Shown here one piece after another: positions 31,280-43,900 of a stretch of 64,000 nt of DNA. How positions within the stretch are numbered: the first letter of the stretch is position 1; each line of letters opens with the position of its first letter. The position numbers and the translations under genes were made by a program. A model generated the notes under the pieces. It made no database searches and had not been told where the DNA came from. It saw only the letters and a list, made by a program, of their open reading frames with translations. Source of the DNA: Antedon mediterranea (taxonomy: Eukaryota > Animalia > Echinodermata); assembly GCF_964355755.1 (NCBI RefSeq), contig NC_092670.1, positions 41,156,388-41,220,387 on the forward strand, given 5' to 3'.

Positions 31280-34200
31280 GAGCTATTCAATATGGTAAGG
31301 TGACAGATTTTGCCAACGTGGATCTAAAATTTGGAAAGTGATGCAACTTCCATTCAACAAGAAAAGAACGAGGTCGGTCTTTTAAAAAACAGGCACACAC
31401 GTGTTTGCGCCATCAACTTTGATTTAGGTCACGCTATTATTGGTGGCGCTCATTCATTCAAAACAACTCATCATTTTTCTTTTCGGGTCGGGGAGAAAGG
31501 TACGGTACGTGAAGTTGCGACGTTTTGGGGAACTACCCTTTTGGACCAAACACAGCTGACACCACCACAAAAGAAACTCCTACCACATTGAATGTGTAAT
31601 CGTATGCTGGAATCAGTGATCATGGATAATAACCGTATTTAGAATTAAAAAAGGTATATTATTTGTATTATTTTGATGTTTAAAAGCTAGGCCTCACAGG
31701 CCTAGCCCTAGCCTATCTAAACTACAACAAGGCACTTTATAAGGGATTAGGCCACTGTAGCCTTACTATATATAAAAATGATCTCTCTCTCTCCTGGGTA
31801 TCCCTCTCCTGCAGCCTGCTGAGAGAAGGCCTATCTATAAATATAACTGCCCTAAATAAACTGTTCTGCATCATACCATTGATTATTAATATGGTTCTGG
31901 TAGTCATATAGATAGTGGTTGTTAATTTGAATTGTTCTGATATTTTAAATTTTAAATCTCGTCTTTTGTAACTTCAATCATATTTTTTTTGATTGCAATA
32001 AAGCTTGATTGAATATAATATTCAATAGGGACAAAGGGTATAGGTAGCTACTACTATTACACATAGTTTAACGTTATAAATTCTATGAATTGATTAAATA
32101 TTGTACGTATTATAATATTAATAGGATATGAATGAACCTTACTCTGGAGTTGATATATTGAACATTTTTAATATAAATGTTTACACCATCTTTATCGTGA
32201 TATTATAATCTGTGTTTATCTTCATTATCCATTAATTAGCATGCGAAGAACCAGCTGCTGCTTATGTGTTATAGGCCGCTATCAATATCATGTATGGTAT
32301 GCATTTTATAGGCAGTTTTAATATTTGATGCACATTCTAATGTTTAAATTTAATCATTTATTCATTCGCTAATTAAAAATCTACCATCAATTATCATGGA
32401 AAGGGAAACGCATTGATGGCCCTAATAAAATGCGGGTATGGGGGTATCTAAGAAACAAAGAATTAATCGAATAGTGTATTAAATTAAAATAAAAACAATA
32501 AATAAGTAACAACGTACGATACGGTATGTTACCAAATAGGGATTACTTGCGATTTAAAAAAACAATCAACTGTTCTTATAAAAATAATTCAACATTCATA
32601 TTATAGTACAGTTTAAAATTATATAGAAAACGCGTGTACTGTGTTGGATAACTGATTAGGTTTATATCTGAACTGGTGTACTTTGGACTGTTAAACATAC
32701 CCAGCTCTCAATACCAGCATGCTTCTATGTTAATGAGCATTACACAATGTAAAAAAAAACAAAATTGACACACAGAGCTATATTAATACATAATTTGTAC
32801 AAAAGAACGATCCATTATTTGGTGTTAATTACGTTATCTCATACTAGCCATTATAACCATTAGTATTAATTACAGCAAACTCTCCTTACTTCCGAGTAAT
32901 TTTAATTATACTGTACTATTTCCCATTTCTAACAATATTATACATTATAGTACACGCATACTCTGCACCATGGAGTAAAGAATTACTCCATGCTCTGCAC
33001 ACACGTTGTAGAATAGAAAGACCATGTCCTAATATTTGATTAGTCCACCACCAGTGTTATATAATGTATCTAATACGACATGCCTCTGTGGATTATCTGT
33101 CTGGCTTTGTTACGTGGCTCATGCGTGACGTTAGATCGAATTAGGGTTGGCCAGGATTTGAACTTATCAGTTTTTAATATTTGAGGTGGAAAAGGTCATC
33201 AACAATAAGCTTATATAGTTGTACTGACGTGATATCGTACACCAGTGATCTTCATAGACCACACAATTTAAACTTTAAAAAAAGAAGAAAATATGGCCAA
33301 TAGTTTAGTGTCATTGAATAATAGTCATTGATTGTTCTTGTTCACCGATACAATGTGCTTCTGCGGAAATATATCATTACAATGTGTGTTACGAAAACAA
33401 AGACATCGAAAGCAGAAGTGTTTAGTATGGACCTAAAATTAGATTAATTTATAGGTCCATGGTTATTAGTAGTCCGGTCTTTTTATTGAGAAGTTTGTGG
33501 GGTGACTCTCTCTAGAACTAATCAATAACGGTGCCAGTCATGGGGTTTATGTTCGAAAACAAAAAGCCGCAAACTTGCTCAAGTACATGCTCTATTTTAT
33601 TGATACCTGTTTTTGAGATTTGTCTAAATATTACCCACTCTCAGAACATTTTATTGAGAAGTCCAACATAAACACTAGAATTTCCAGTTTAAATCAATTC
33701 TAAGAATGCCAATATATTATAATTTGGAATCATTCGTTTGTCATACACAATATCCAGAACTAAAGTGAAACATCATCACAAATGTTGAAAACATTTCATT
33801 CGACGACCTGTTTAGTTATTTGACTTTTCCAATGAATGTTGATGCCCTCGCTAATTTCCAAATTTACGTATCAATCTCGTTCAGTGATTGTGGGCAACTT
33901 TGTTCCGTAAACGATTACATTTTTTGCCAATGTGTTAATTTAGAAGATGGTTTGTGCACATAAGATTGTATTTGAGTATTCAGACTAGTTAATTTATTAT
34001 TATAGGTCCTAATCAAGAATAAAAGAAAGAAACGAGAATCATTGTTTGCAGCAATATAGCAGTAGTCTTACTTCGTAAGTGGGTCAGGTGGGGTGAATGG
34101 TACACACCTTTATTATGAAAATATGTATTGTTGTTGACAATGAATGTGATATAGTCGACTGCACACGTGATTCTCATTCAAGTACACATATCCATTAAAT

Positions 34201-35567
34201 ATATGGAATTATATAAGGTGGTTCGGTGCCGGATATACAACACTTGAACTTGTAGAATACCACCGGTACAAGACAGTACTCAAGGAGTTTTACAATTATT
34301 TTACAACTCCTCCCTGGTACTAATCGCACGAATGACATCATGAGTAGACTATTACACAGTGATTACAAACACGGAGATAGCTGCCGTTTATTACCGCGAC
34401 AAATATTTTCACTGGCTTCTGAGTTGTAAAAACTATTAAGTGAGTTGTGCCAATTTTTTCAAAACGGAAACACAATTTTTTCTATTATTGGTCTTAAGTT
34501 GGATGCGTTTTAGATTAGACCACGTTCATATTTCATAATCTATACACCAGATCAGAAACGGATTAGTACAATAACACCATCTTACAATGATCCGTTTATT
34601 GTATATTCATCACCTTGACTTATATTTGTTAAGTACCGGTTTAGAGATACAGTAATAATATTATGGTTGTTGTATACCATATAGTACGTGGTTTTATTAG
34701 AATGTCCGTTTCGTATCAGGATTTTAATGATGTCATTCTAAGGAGATCAAGCGTACAATAATCGTCCATTCATTATTCACATACAATGATTCAGAAGCAG
34801 CATTCTACCGTCGCGAATCACAGTGATCAGCACACCGTGTCATCTTGTCAGTGACTCAATTTAGACTAGACTCACCGGGGTAAGCTGATTTTATGATCAC
34901 AACATTGGTATCTGGAACCAACTTACCCGATAAAGCGGCTCCCTTGTTGATTAGTAGAGTGTTGCCAGTTCGTTATATTGTCATTAGTGTATTCTATATA
35001 CAGTGTGACGACTTTTAATTAATACAATATTTTACTCTTTTACTATAGGATAGACTTTATTGAAAATAGATGCAACCATTCCTTGAACAGCTTATCCAAT
35101 AAATCTTAACTGAAATACAGGTAACACAATCTTTTTTTAAAAATAATATTCCAAAAATGTACTCATATTGTTCATTACCGTACTACTGTACTATATTTAT
35201 GTTGAAAATCCATGATGCAATGAATCTAAACAAGACTATACACTGGGAACCTTTTTTTTTGTTTAAAAACAAGATTTCAAAACGTTTGTGCGTCTCTATT
35301 GTTCAATTATACTACTGTATTATATTTATGTCGGAAATCCATTGATGCAATTATAATGAAAGGATATTTATAAACTGGAACCTTTTTTTTTGTGTTTGAA
35401 CGATTATGGTTACAGGCTGAGAAGCCTATCACGCACATCATGTGAACAGTCACAGGATTAGTTTACTTCAACTGTTGCTTTGGCATTTCCTAATAGAATA
35501 TTCGATTATGTTTCTGTCTGAACCACCACATTGTATAAACCTTTGTGCTTTTGTTTTTCAGAAAACT

Positions 35568-36452
35568 ATGGCTTCAGTAAATGGACATGCAGAGCCATAC
35601 ATGAACGGACACGCGAACGGAGTGTCCGAAGAGCAAAACCGAGTTATGTTATGGACAGTACCGCGATCTATATCTACAGCGTTCGAACGATGTATGGGTG
35701 GTTTGAATAATGTTGAACTCATTCATGAACCGTACGTGACGGCTTACTATTTTGGGCCTGAAAAACGTTACCAACATGCACCGTTTATACCAACGGATGA
35801 GGAATACACATATAGCGGTGTTCAGAAAAAACTAGAATCTAAATATGAAAATCGTGATTCTATATTCTGTAAAGATATGGCGTACGCATTGGATGACAAA
35901 TACGAAACGTTACCTATCGGGTATAAGCACACATTCTTGATACGAGATCCTACTAAAGCGCATACCTCAATGTATAAACTGTGTACTAAACCATGGTTAC
36001 TGAATTATAGTTTGATTGATTTAGTAATGCCACAGGGATACGCATTTAAACAACTCTGGGACTTGTATGAACACGTGACAGACGTACTAAAACAAGACAC
36101 GATTGTAATAGACGCGGACGATTTACTTCGTTATCCAGAGCAAGTTATACGAAGATACTGTATAGCGACTGGGTTGCAATTTAACGATGGAATGCTAGAA
36201 TGGAAGTCAAACGTAGATATAACGCAGAATTGGTCTAGTAGTCTTAAGCTATTGAATTATGTCGGTGTGTATGAAAGTGCTATGAAAAGCAACAGCTTCT
36301 TTCAGGATTCTGCCCGCCAAGAAAAGAAGAAAGACATCGACGTGTCGTCTCTTCCAGAGGACATTAAAAAAGCGATTGAAGTTTCCCAACCGTTTTATGA
36401 TAAATTGTACCGCGTACGACTAATTCCCGAGGACTTAGAAACCGAGGTCTGA
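35568..36452 (+). CDS. P-loop sulfotransferase-like protein (family often annotated 'branched-chain-amino-acid aminotransferase-like'), single coding exon
   Basis: MLWTVPRSISTAFER, IHEPY, IFCKDMAY, HTFLIRDP, VIDADDLL, GLQFNDGMLEW. ATG at 35568 follows a TTTTCAG acceptor. A probable 5' UTR exon lies at ~35049-35120. Confidence 0.85.
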   Translation: MASVNGHAEPYMNGHANGVSEEQNRVMLWTVPRSISTAFERCMGGLNNVELIHEPYVTAYYFGPEKRYQHAPFIPTDEEYTYSGVQKKLESKYENRDSIFCKDMAYALDDKYETLPIGYKHTFLIRDPTKAHTSMYKLCTKPWLLNYSLIDLVMPQGYAFKQLWDLYEHVTDVLKQDTIVIDADDLLRYPEQVIRRYCIATGLQFNDGMLEWKSNVDITQNWSSSLKLLNYVGVYESAMKSNSFFQDSARQEKKKDIDVSSLPEDIKKAIEVSQPFYDKLYRVRLIPEDLETEV

Positions 36453-37353
36453 AGAGGAGGACTTAAAAACAATGTCTAATGAATCAGAAATTTAAAGTGA
36501 TTTCACCTAATACCTAAGTATAATATTTATATTTCGGTTAAAAGGGTTATAAATGATTTTTTGATATTTTATGTTAAAATTGAGCAAGTGAAAGCCGTCA
36601 AACAAGTAAACATATACAAATGATGCATAACGCTTTCCGGATGTTACATATTCCCCAGTGGTATCAATGTTCAGTAGGCCTTAATGCAGTCGCCATGGTA
36701 ATGCTATAAAAGTCCATTAGTGTCAACTTTAATGTAATCAATATTTTGTTTTAATGAACACACATTAATAGACAAATCGATATTCAACTCATTTCATAAT
36801 GAAAATAATACGTCATCGCTAAATCCAGAAACCATGACACTTACCGTAAGTCGTGGAAAAGTTCTTTAAAAAAGTCAATTGGGAATGTCAAGAAATGAGG
36901 GTCAGGTACTTTCATGTCCCGTCATTGTAATCGTGTACATACAGTATCATATAATATAGACCTGTTGATATTCAATACAATGCATTGATTGCGCGCACCA
37001 AATATTACGTAATATACAATTGCGTTACAACGAAAATGTTCTTATGTTATGAAGATGATTTGACCACATGCACAGATAAAGAAATATACACAAATGTATG
37101 CAATTACGGCAAATGACAAAATGGTGCTTATTTTCGTACAACTGCCTACTCGCATTTTTATCCACGTACGTACGTTCTTCAGTCTGGTTGTTAGAAAGAA
37201 AGTTATTACGATTATTGAAAAATACAAAGATCAAATGAAACGGCAGAGACTAATTAATAACGATAAAATTGATACAATAGAAGTAGGCCTACAATCAATA
37301 ATGTTATTGATTTGTCACTGCTTCTCCAATACATCGATCCCCCACCCACCTAA

Positions 37354-37494
37354 AGCGTGGTTACCACTAGAGACGCAACGCAAGGACGTACGCGCAAAGC
37401 AAGCGAGTTGACCAATGACAAGCCACTGTTTAAATATTCTATCGCTTGTGATTGATCAAATTACTTACGTTACGTCGCTAGTGGGAACCAAGCT
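37354..37494. mobile_element. PIF/Harbinger-type MITE (same family as 44024-44202)
   Basis: TIRs AGCGTGGTTACCACTAG/CTAGTGGGAACCAAGCT; TAA target duplication. Confidence 0.8.
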
Positions 37495-38621
37495 TAATTT
37501 CTCACCCTTTAACTGAACAAGCTAAAAAGATCGAATCTTAATGTTTTTAAGCAATTTACTTTAAATATATTTAAGAAAAAAAAAGCCTGAGTGCGGTTAG
37601 GCGCTTGAGGTATAGATGCTTGTGATTGCGCAATAATCAATTCAGACAACTCATTTTATTTGCAATTTAATATAATAAAACAGTAATGGATTATTTATTG
37701 TGTAATTTTATCAATAATATATTAAATTATAAACTGTTGAAGCAATGTAATAAGAAAAATCTAAAGCGACTTTGACATTTATAACAATTAGCCTAAATTT
37801 AACAGATTATACCTTCATGTTTTAAATAGGTTTCATAAATAAGATGTAACAGTTATGCTGAAATCCAACAATATATTTTCAATTGAACAAATTTATTTTA
37901 CGATTTAAACATACTAAGTTACTACTAGGTACTACTCTTCAGGGCGAACATCATAGGAAGAATGTTCACGATTTAGACATAACTGTACTATAGGTTAAGA
38001 ATAATTTCAATTCAATAAAGATAAATGTCTTTCTGGGCTCCATGCAGGACATCACAGGAGGACAATTCACGATTTAGACACACTTTGGTTAAGAATACAT
38101 TCAATAAAGATAAATGTCTTTCTGGGCTTCATGGTGGACATCACAGGAGGACAATTCATATATTTTATAAACTTGTATGATTTTATATTTTTTATGATTA
38201 ATGTTTTTTTTTACTTTTTTTAAAATTTGGTGATTAGCTCGTATTTTGCAATACTGTCACGGGTTCACGGTGTTAGATTACATGTACCAGTACATTATAG
38301 TATATCAACAAATTAGACAGCGTTTAGAACAAAAAATATTTTAAATCTGTATATTTATGATTCACTTAATTATTAATTAAAACAGAAATTGTTGTTTTCA
38401 TAAACTATTCATGTAGACCTTATTTCCTGAGCAATATTTTTCGATGATATTATCTAATTTTACAATACAAAATATAATATATTTTTTGCAAAATGCTTTG
38501 ACGGAATGTAGTAGTAATATATTGAGTGGTATGAACTAGCAAACTGAGGGAAATTGCCGCCATGCATTTGTACTATGTATCTATAAAATGTAGTTAATGT
38601 GATTAGTTATATTAGAATATA

Positions 38622-39558
38622 ATGATGAACATAGGAATGTACCTATGTTCTGTTGATGAACATAGGAATGTGCCTATGTTCTAATGATGAACATAGGAAT
38701 GTACATATGTTCTAATGATGAACATAGGAATGTACATATGTTCTGTTGATGAACATAGGAATGTACCTATGTCCTATTGATGAACATAGGAATGTACATA
38801 TGTTCTGTTGATGAACATAGGAATGTACCTATGTTCTGTTGATGAACATAGGAATGTACATATGTCCTATTGATGAACATAGGAATGTACCTATGTTCTA
38901 ATGATGAACATAGGAATGTACATATGTTCTAATGATGAACATAGGAATGTACCTATGTTCTGTTGATGAACATAGGAATGTGCCTATGTTCTAATGATGA
39001 ACATAGGAATGTACCTATGTCCTAATGATGAACATAGGAATGTACATATGTCCTATTGATGAACATAGGAATGTACCTATGTTCTAATGATGAACATAGG
39101 AATGTACCTATGTTCTGTTGATGAACATAGGAATGTACCTATGTCCTAATGATGAACATAGGAATGTACATATGTTCTGTTGATGAACATAGGAATGTAC
39201 ATATGTTCTGTTGATGAACATAGGAATGTACCTATGTCCTAATGATGAACATAGGAATGTACATATGTCCTATTGATGAACATAGGAATGTACCTATGTT
39301 CTAATGATGAACATAGGAATGTACCTATGTTCTGTTGATGAACATAGGAATGTACCTATGTCCTAATGATGAACATAGGAATGTACATATGTTCTATTGA
39401 TGAACATAGGAATGTACCTATGTTCTAATGATGAACATAGGAATGTACCTATGTTCTGTTGATGAACATAGGAATGTACCTATGTTCTAATGATGAACAT
39501 AGGAATGTACCTATGTTCTGTTGATGAACATAGGAATGTAATTATGTTCTGTTGATGA
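38622..39558. repeat. 31-bp hairpin minisatellite (GATGAACATAGGAATGTACCTATGTTCTRWT)n, ~30 copies
   Basis: Each unit contains the inverted repeat GAACATAGG-6nt-CCTATGTTC. Confidence 0.95.
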
Positions 39559-40006
39559 CCAAAGGCTCAGATAGCTACCACAGTACATTTTCCCACATTA
39601 ATGTTATCACATTATAGTGTGTATCAACGTATGCTTGTTTGTCAATGTAAACTAATGAATTAAATTACAGAAATTAACAAATACTTGTGCCGATTTATTT
39701 GTTTGGAAATAAGAGTGAATGCATTGTGAAAATAATTATCGACTTATTCAAAAGGGACTTATTACTTTTATTCAATTATTCTTATAAAAGAAAAGCAGGT
39801 CAGATTTGGAATTCTGCTGCACAACAACAAATGCTGCATTACCAATAAGCCAACAAGATAACGTGATCTATTTAGCTGGTATGCCACTAGATATTAAAGG
39901 AAGAAATTGACCAAAAAATAACATTCTTCAGATATTTTAAATTTTAACGTTCAACTTTAGCAGCCACTGATTAGACATGGTTCATTAATTTCTGCATCAC
40001 ATAATA

Positions 40007-40798
40007 AGCCCCTTTCTCACAGATGTGCCTGCAATATACCGGTATTATGCTGGCGTCGTGCCGGTATCGTTACCGGCATATACCCATTCTCATCGGACTA
40101 TCGTGCCGGAAATATAACCGGTATATACCGACTTTCTGTGAGAAAGGAGTCGGGCATATTCGGCCAATAAAAAGAATTATTGAGGGCGTCCTTTATTGTT
40201 ATTATTTTTGTTTAGCGATATATGGCGGCGAATTTTAATTTTCAGATTATTATCTTCCTTTATAGCACATTTATGCAATACATGCTATGTACAGTATATT
40301 GTGCATATTATACAGGTACAGCAATTAATTAGCCGTCATCGGTAATCTGTAAAACACCTTTAGAAGGCTGTAGGTTACAAGGCGACGAATGGTCAGGCAC
40401 CAACAAAGAGCTATGGCCTAGGCCTATTTATAGATTATGCTACAAATTTCTTCTTGTCCCCTTATTTAAAGCAGCTCCCTTATCTCATTATCCCTCCAGT
40501 TCGACATTATTATTGTTAATTGAATTGAATCGGCGCCAAAGTGATACACTTGACCGCGCAAGGTGGCAAAGCATTGACGGGGAATTAAATATAACCCCGG
40601 AATATAACGGCGTTACGTTCTCACAGAATGCCCGTCTGGCATTGCGGGGAATATCCCTAGAATATTACTAGGTCTAAAGCAGGTCATGTCGATGCCGGCA
40701 TGATGCCAAGACGACCCGTTCTCACAGAAAACCATACCGGCATGGTAATGGTATATTCCCGCAATATTCATGGCACACAGCTCTGTGAGAAAGGGGCT
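40007..40798. mobile_element. PIF/Harbinger-like non-autonomous transposon
   Basis: TIRs AGCCCCTTTCTCACAGA/TCTGTGAGAAAGGGGCT, a 3-bp ATA duplication and subterminal palindromes. Confidence 0.8.
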
Positions 40799-40956
40799 AT
40801 ACTGTAGTAACAGGGACAAATACAGAATGAGAGATGAGGAGGAGGGCCTATTTTGGCATCCCGTATCACCTTTCAAAGAGGTATATGGCGGCAACTCCCT
40901 ACTCCTCTAAATCTACCTCTGAGTATAATTGAATAGATTATACATTGAATTGAATT

Positions 40957-43900
40957 TCACCTGTCAACAGTGGATAATTTCACTGTCTTTTTGTCGTTCA
41001 ATAAACTTTGTTTACGTTGTCTAATAATCCTTGTTATTGGTTCCAAAAGAGCTTTTGGGTTTCTGTACGGCATTGTGTGGTCTGCACCATTCAGTAAAAT
41101 GTGTTTGCTTCCAGGGTGTAGGTTGCTTATTAGGTTCTGCTGAGCCTTGGCCCAGGCCTACAAAATAAGTTATAAAATGTGTTTACTTCCAGGGTGTAGG
41201 TTGCTTATTAGGTTCTGCTGAGCCTTGGCCCAGGCCTACAAAATAAGTTATATAATGTGTTTAGGGTGTAGGTTGCTTATTAAGTTCTGCTGAGCCTTGG
41301 CCCAGGCCTACAAAATAAGTTATATAAAGTTGATATTTTCTCATTCTGCTAGACTATACAGATCAATCAAAACAAAGTGAGGTGTGTGTAGTATTATGAT
41401 CCTGATTATTTCCATTCAAAGTACTCGACTTGGTTAAAATTCAAATATTCAAAAAATGCAACATACTTGACCGAAATATATAAAAGATGAACTATATTGT
41501 GTTGCTTGTGCAGCAGTGCATACTTACCTTATTCAATGTGTTTGGTAATTGTTCATCATAGTAGTTACCAGTTATGACTGTTACTCCGACATGTTTAGGA
41601 AATGGTTTGATACGCCAAGCAGTCCTAATCAGAAAGGAACACTTGATTGTCATTCACAAATACACATTTAAAACAACATTATATTTGGCAAAGGTAAAAT
41701 GAACTCACCGAATCTGGGACAAACTTTCATTAATAAAGTAGTGTTCATCCACAACTGTACTCAGATGATGTGGTTGGCACATAAGGTATTTCTGTAAAAT
41801 ATCCAAAAACATATGAGCTAAATAAAAGAAAAATAACGCTAAAAAATAAGGGTCATTCTCAAGTTAAATTAATTAAAGAGAACTGTGAAAAATTAAATTG
41901 TATTGACCTACCTGTCTATACTCCACATCCTCTGGTAAATCAGAGTTTTTGATTGGCTGATTCATTAAGTTTAAAAGAAGGCCGATTCTTGAGGCACCAA
42001 TAGCAGCTGAGAGTTGAAGTGATTGATATGATGGTATTAGATGATCAAACCTACAAATAAATGGATTTAAATAAACTGTTAACAAACTACAGAATTTGTG
42101 GTTAAACCCATTTAGGTTACTAAATCAATAAACGTAAATCAGTACTTACCAGAATTTTCCCCAAATACCTTCATCAATTCCGAACAAGCCCTCAACTAAT
42201 GGATCAATCAAAACAAGATCTGAAATTTCACTAAAAAGAAAAAAAAGGACATAAATTACATAAAGTTACTATTAAGGATATAAAACTTTACTTTAATGAA
42301 TGGTATTGGTCATGTTAGACTCACTTTTCATATAACTGTGTGTAAAACAACTTTACTTTAATGAATGGTATTGGCCATGTTAGACTCACTTTTCATATAA
42401 TTGTGTGTAAAACAACTTTACTTTAATGAATGGTATTGGCCATGTTAGACTCACTTTTCATATAATTGTGTGTAAAACAACTTTACTTTAATGAATGGTA
42501 TTGGCCATGTTAGACTCACTTTTCATATAATTGTGTGTAAAACAACTTTACTTTAATGAATGGTATTGGCCATGTCAGACTCACTTTTCATATAATTGTG
42601 TGTAAAACAACTTTACTTTAATGAATGGTATTGGTCATGTCAGACTCACTTTTCATATAATTGTGTGTAAAACAACTTTACTTTAATGAATGGTATTGAC
42701 CATGTCAGACTCACTTTTCATATAATTGTGTGTAAAACCTGGCAATCAATGATCCCAATTCAGAGCCTACAAAAATGAATGGTTGAGGTTGGTCACTGCT
42801 GACTGTTAGTAACTGGTGCAGATCATCAGCCATCCTACAAAACAAAAACCAACATTTATTACAAGAATGTTGGATGTTATCAAATCTGTTTTTTAGAAAC
42901 ATAATCCCAACATAAGCTGTGCTATGTATTCATTTGATATGTTCATGCACAAATTGAATGCAAGTTTGAAATATTGATGTGAGTAGTATAAACAAGAGTG
43001 TTTATATGTTTACACTAGGCCAAGAAACACTTTAAAATAACTCAAGACCTGAGAAATAGATGTTTGAACAAAGCTAATGAAGATGTAAACATTTACATCA
43101 GGAGGATTAGACAAATTATATACATATGTGAGCCTTTAATACTGCGTGCAGTCATGTTTTTATATTCTTTGCTATATTGACTGACCTTTCAACAGTAAAT
43201 TCCTCAGCTCTACTATCACCCATGAGAGAATTGTTACCATCACTTGAATTCTTTTGGAAATAAAAACATAAGTATCTTTCCAAATTAATTATTAATTTAT
43301 ACATATTTTAAAATCTATTATTATATGATTGAAAACATAAAGTGAAATGATTGTACTGTAATTCATTACCCTTGGAGCACGCTCACTGAAACCAATTCCT
43401 GCTCTGTCATATACACATACCTAAGATAAAAACACAAATTAATTAAAGCTAAAGAAGAACATCTAAGAGGATACAAAATTATATCAATTTGAAAATCAGG
43501 AAGTCTGCCTTCGAATATTAAAAACCACAGTGATAGAGATAAAAAAAATAAATTGTACAATGAATTTTACATTCAAATTTATACAATACAAAACAAACTT
43601 GTTTACCCTTGCAACCTTTGCTAACTGTGGCAGTATAAAGTACCAAACAACTTACCCTTGCAACCTTTGCTACTGTGGCTGTATAAAGTACCAAACAACT
43701 TACCCTTGCAACCTTTGCAAACTGTGGCTGTATAAGGTACCAAACTTACCCTTGCAACCTTTACTACTGTGGCTGTATAAAGTACCAAACAACTTACCCT
43801 TGCAACCTTTGCTAACTGTGGCTGTATAAAGTACCAAACAACTTACCTTTGCAACCTTTGCTACTGTGGCTGTATAAAGTACCAAACAACTTACCTTTGC

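Noticed and set aside
35442-35567. N-terminal extension of the 336-aa ORF
   Set aside because: It begins at GTG and lies upstream of a clear TTTTCAG acceptor, so it is likely intronic; the ATG at 35568 is preferred.
38622-39558. Palindromic ~31-bp repeats (also 12352-13266 and 51660-52518) as CRISPR arrays
   Set aside because: Units are head-to-tail with no unique spacers, there are no cas genes and the context is spliceosomal eukaryotic DNA.
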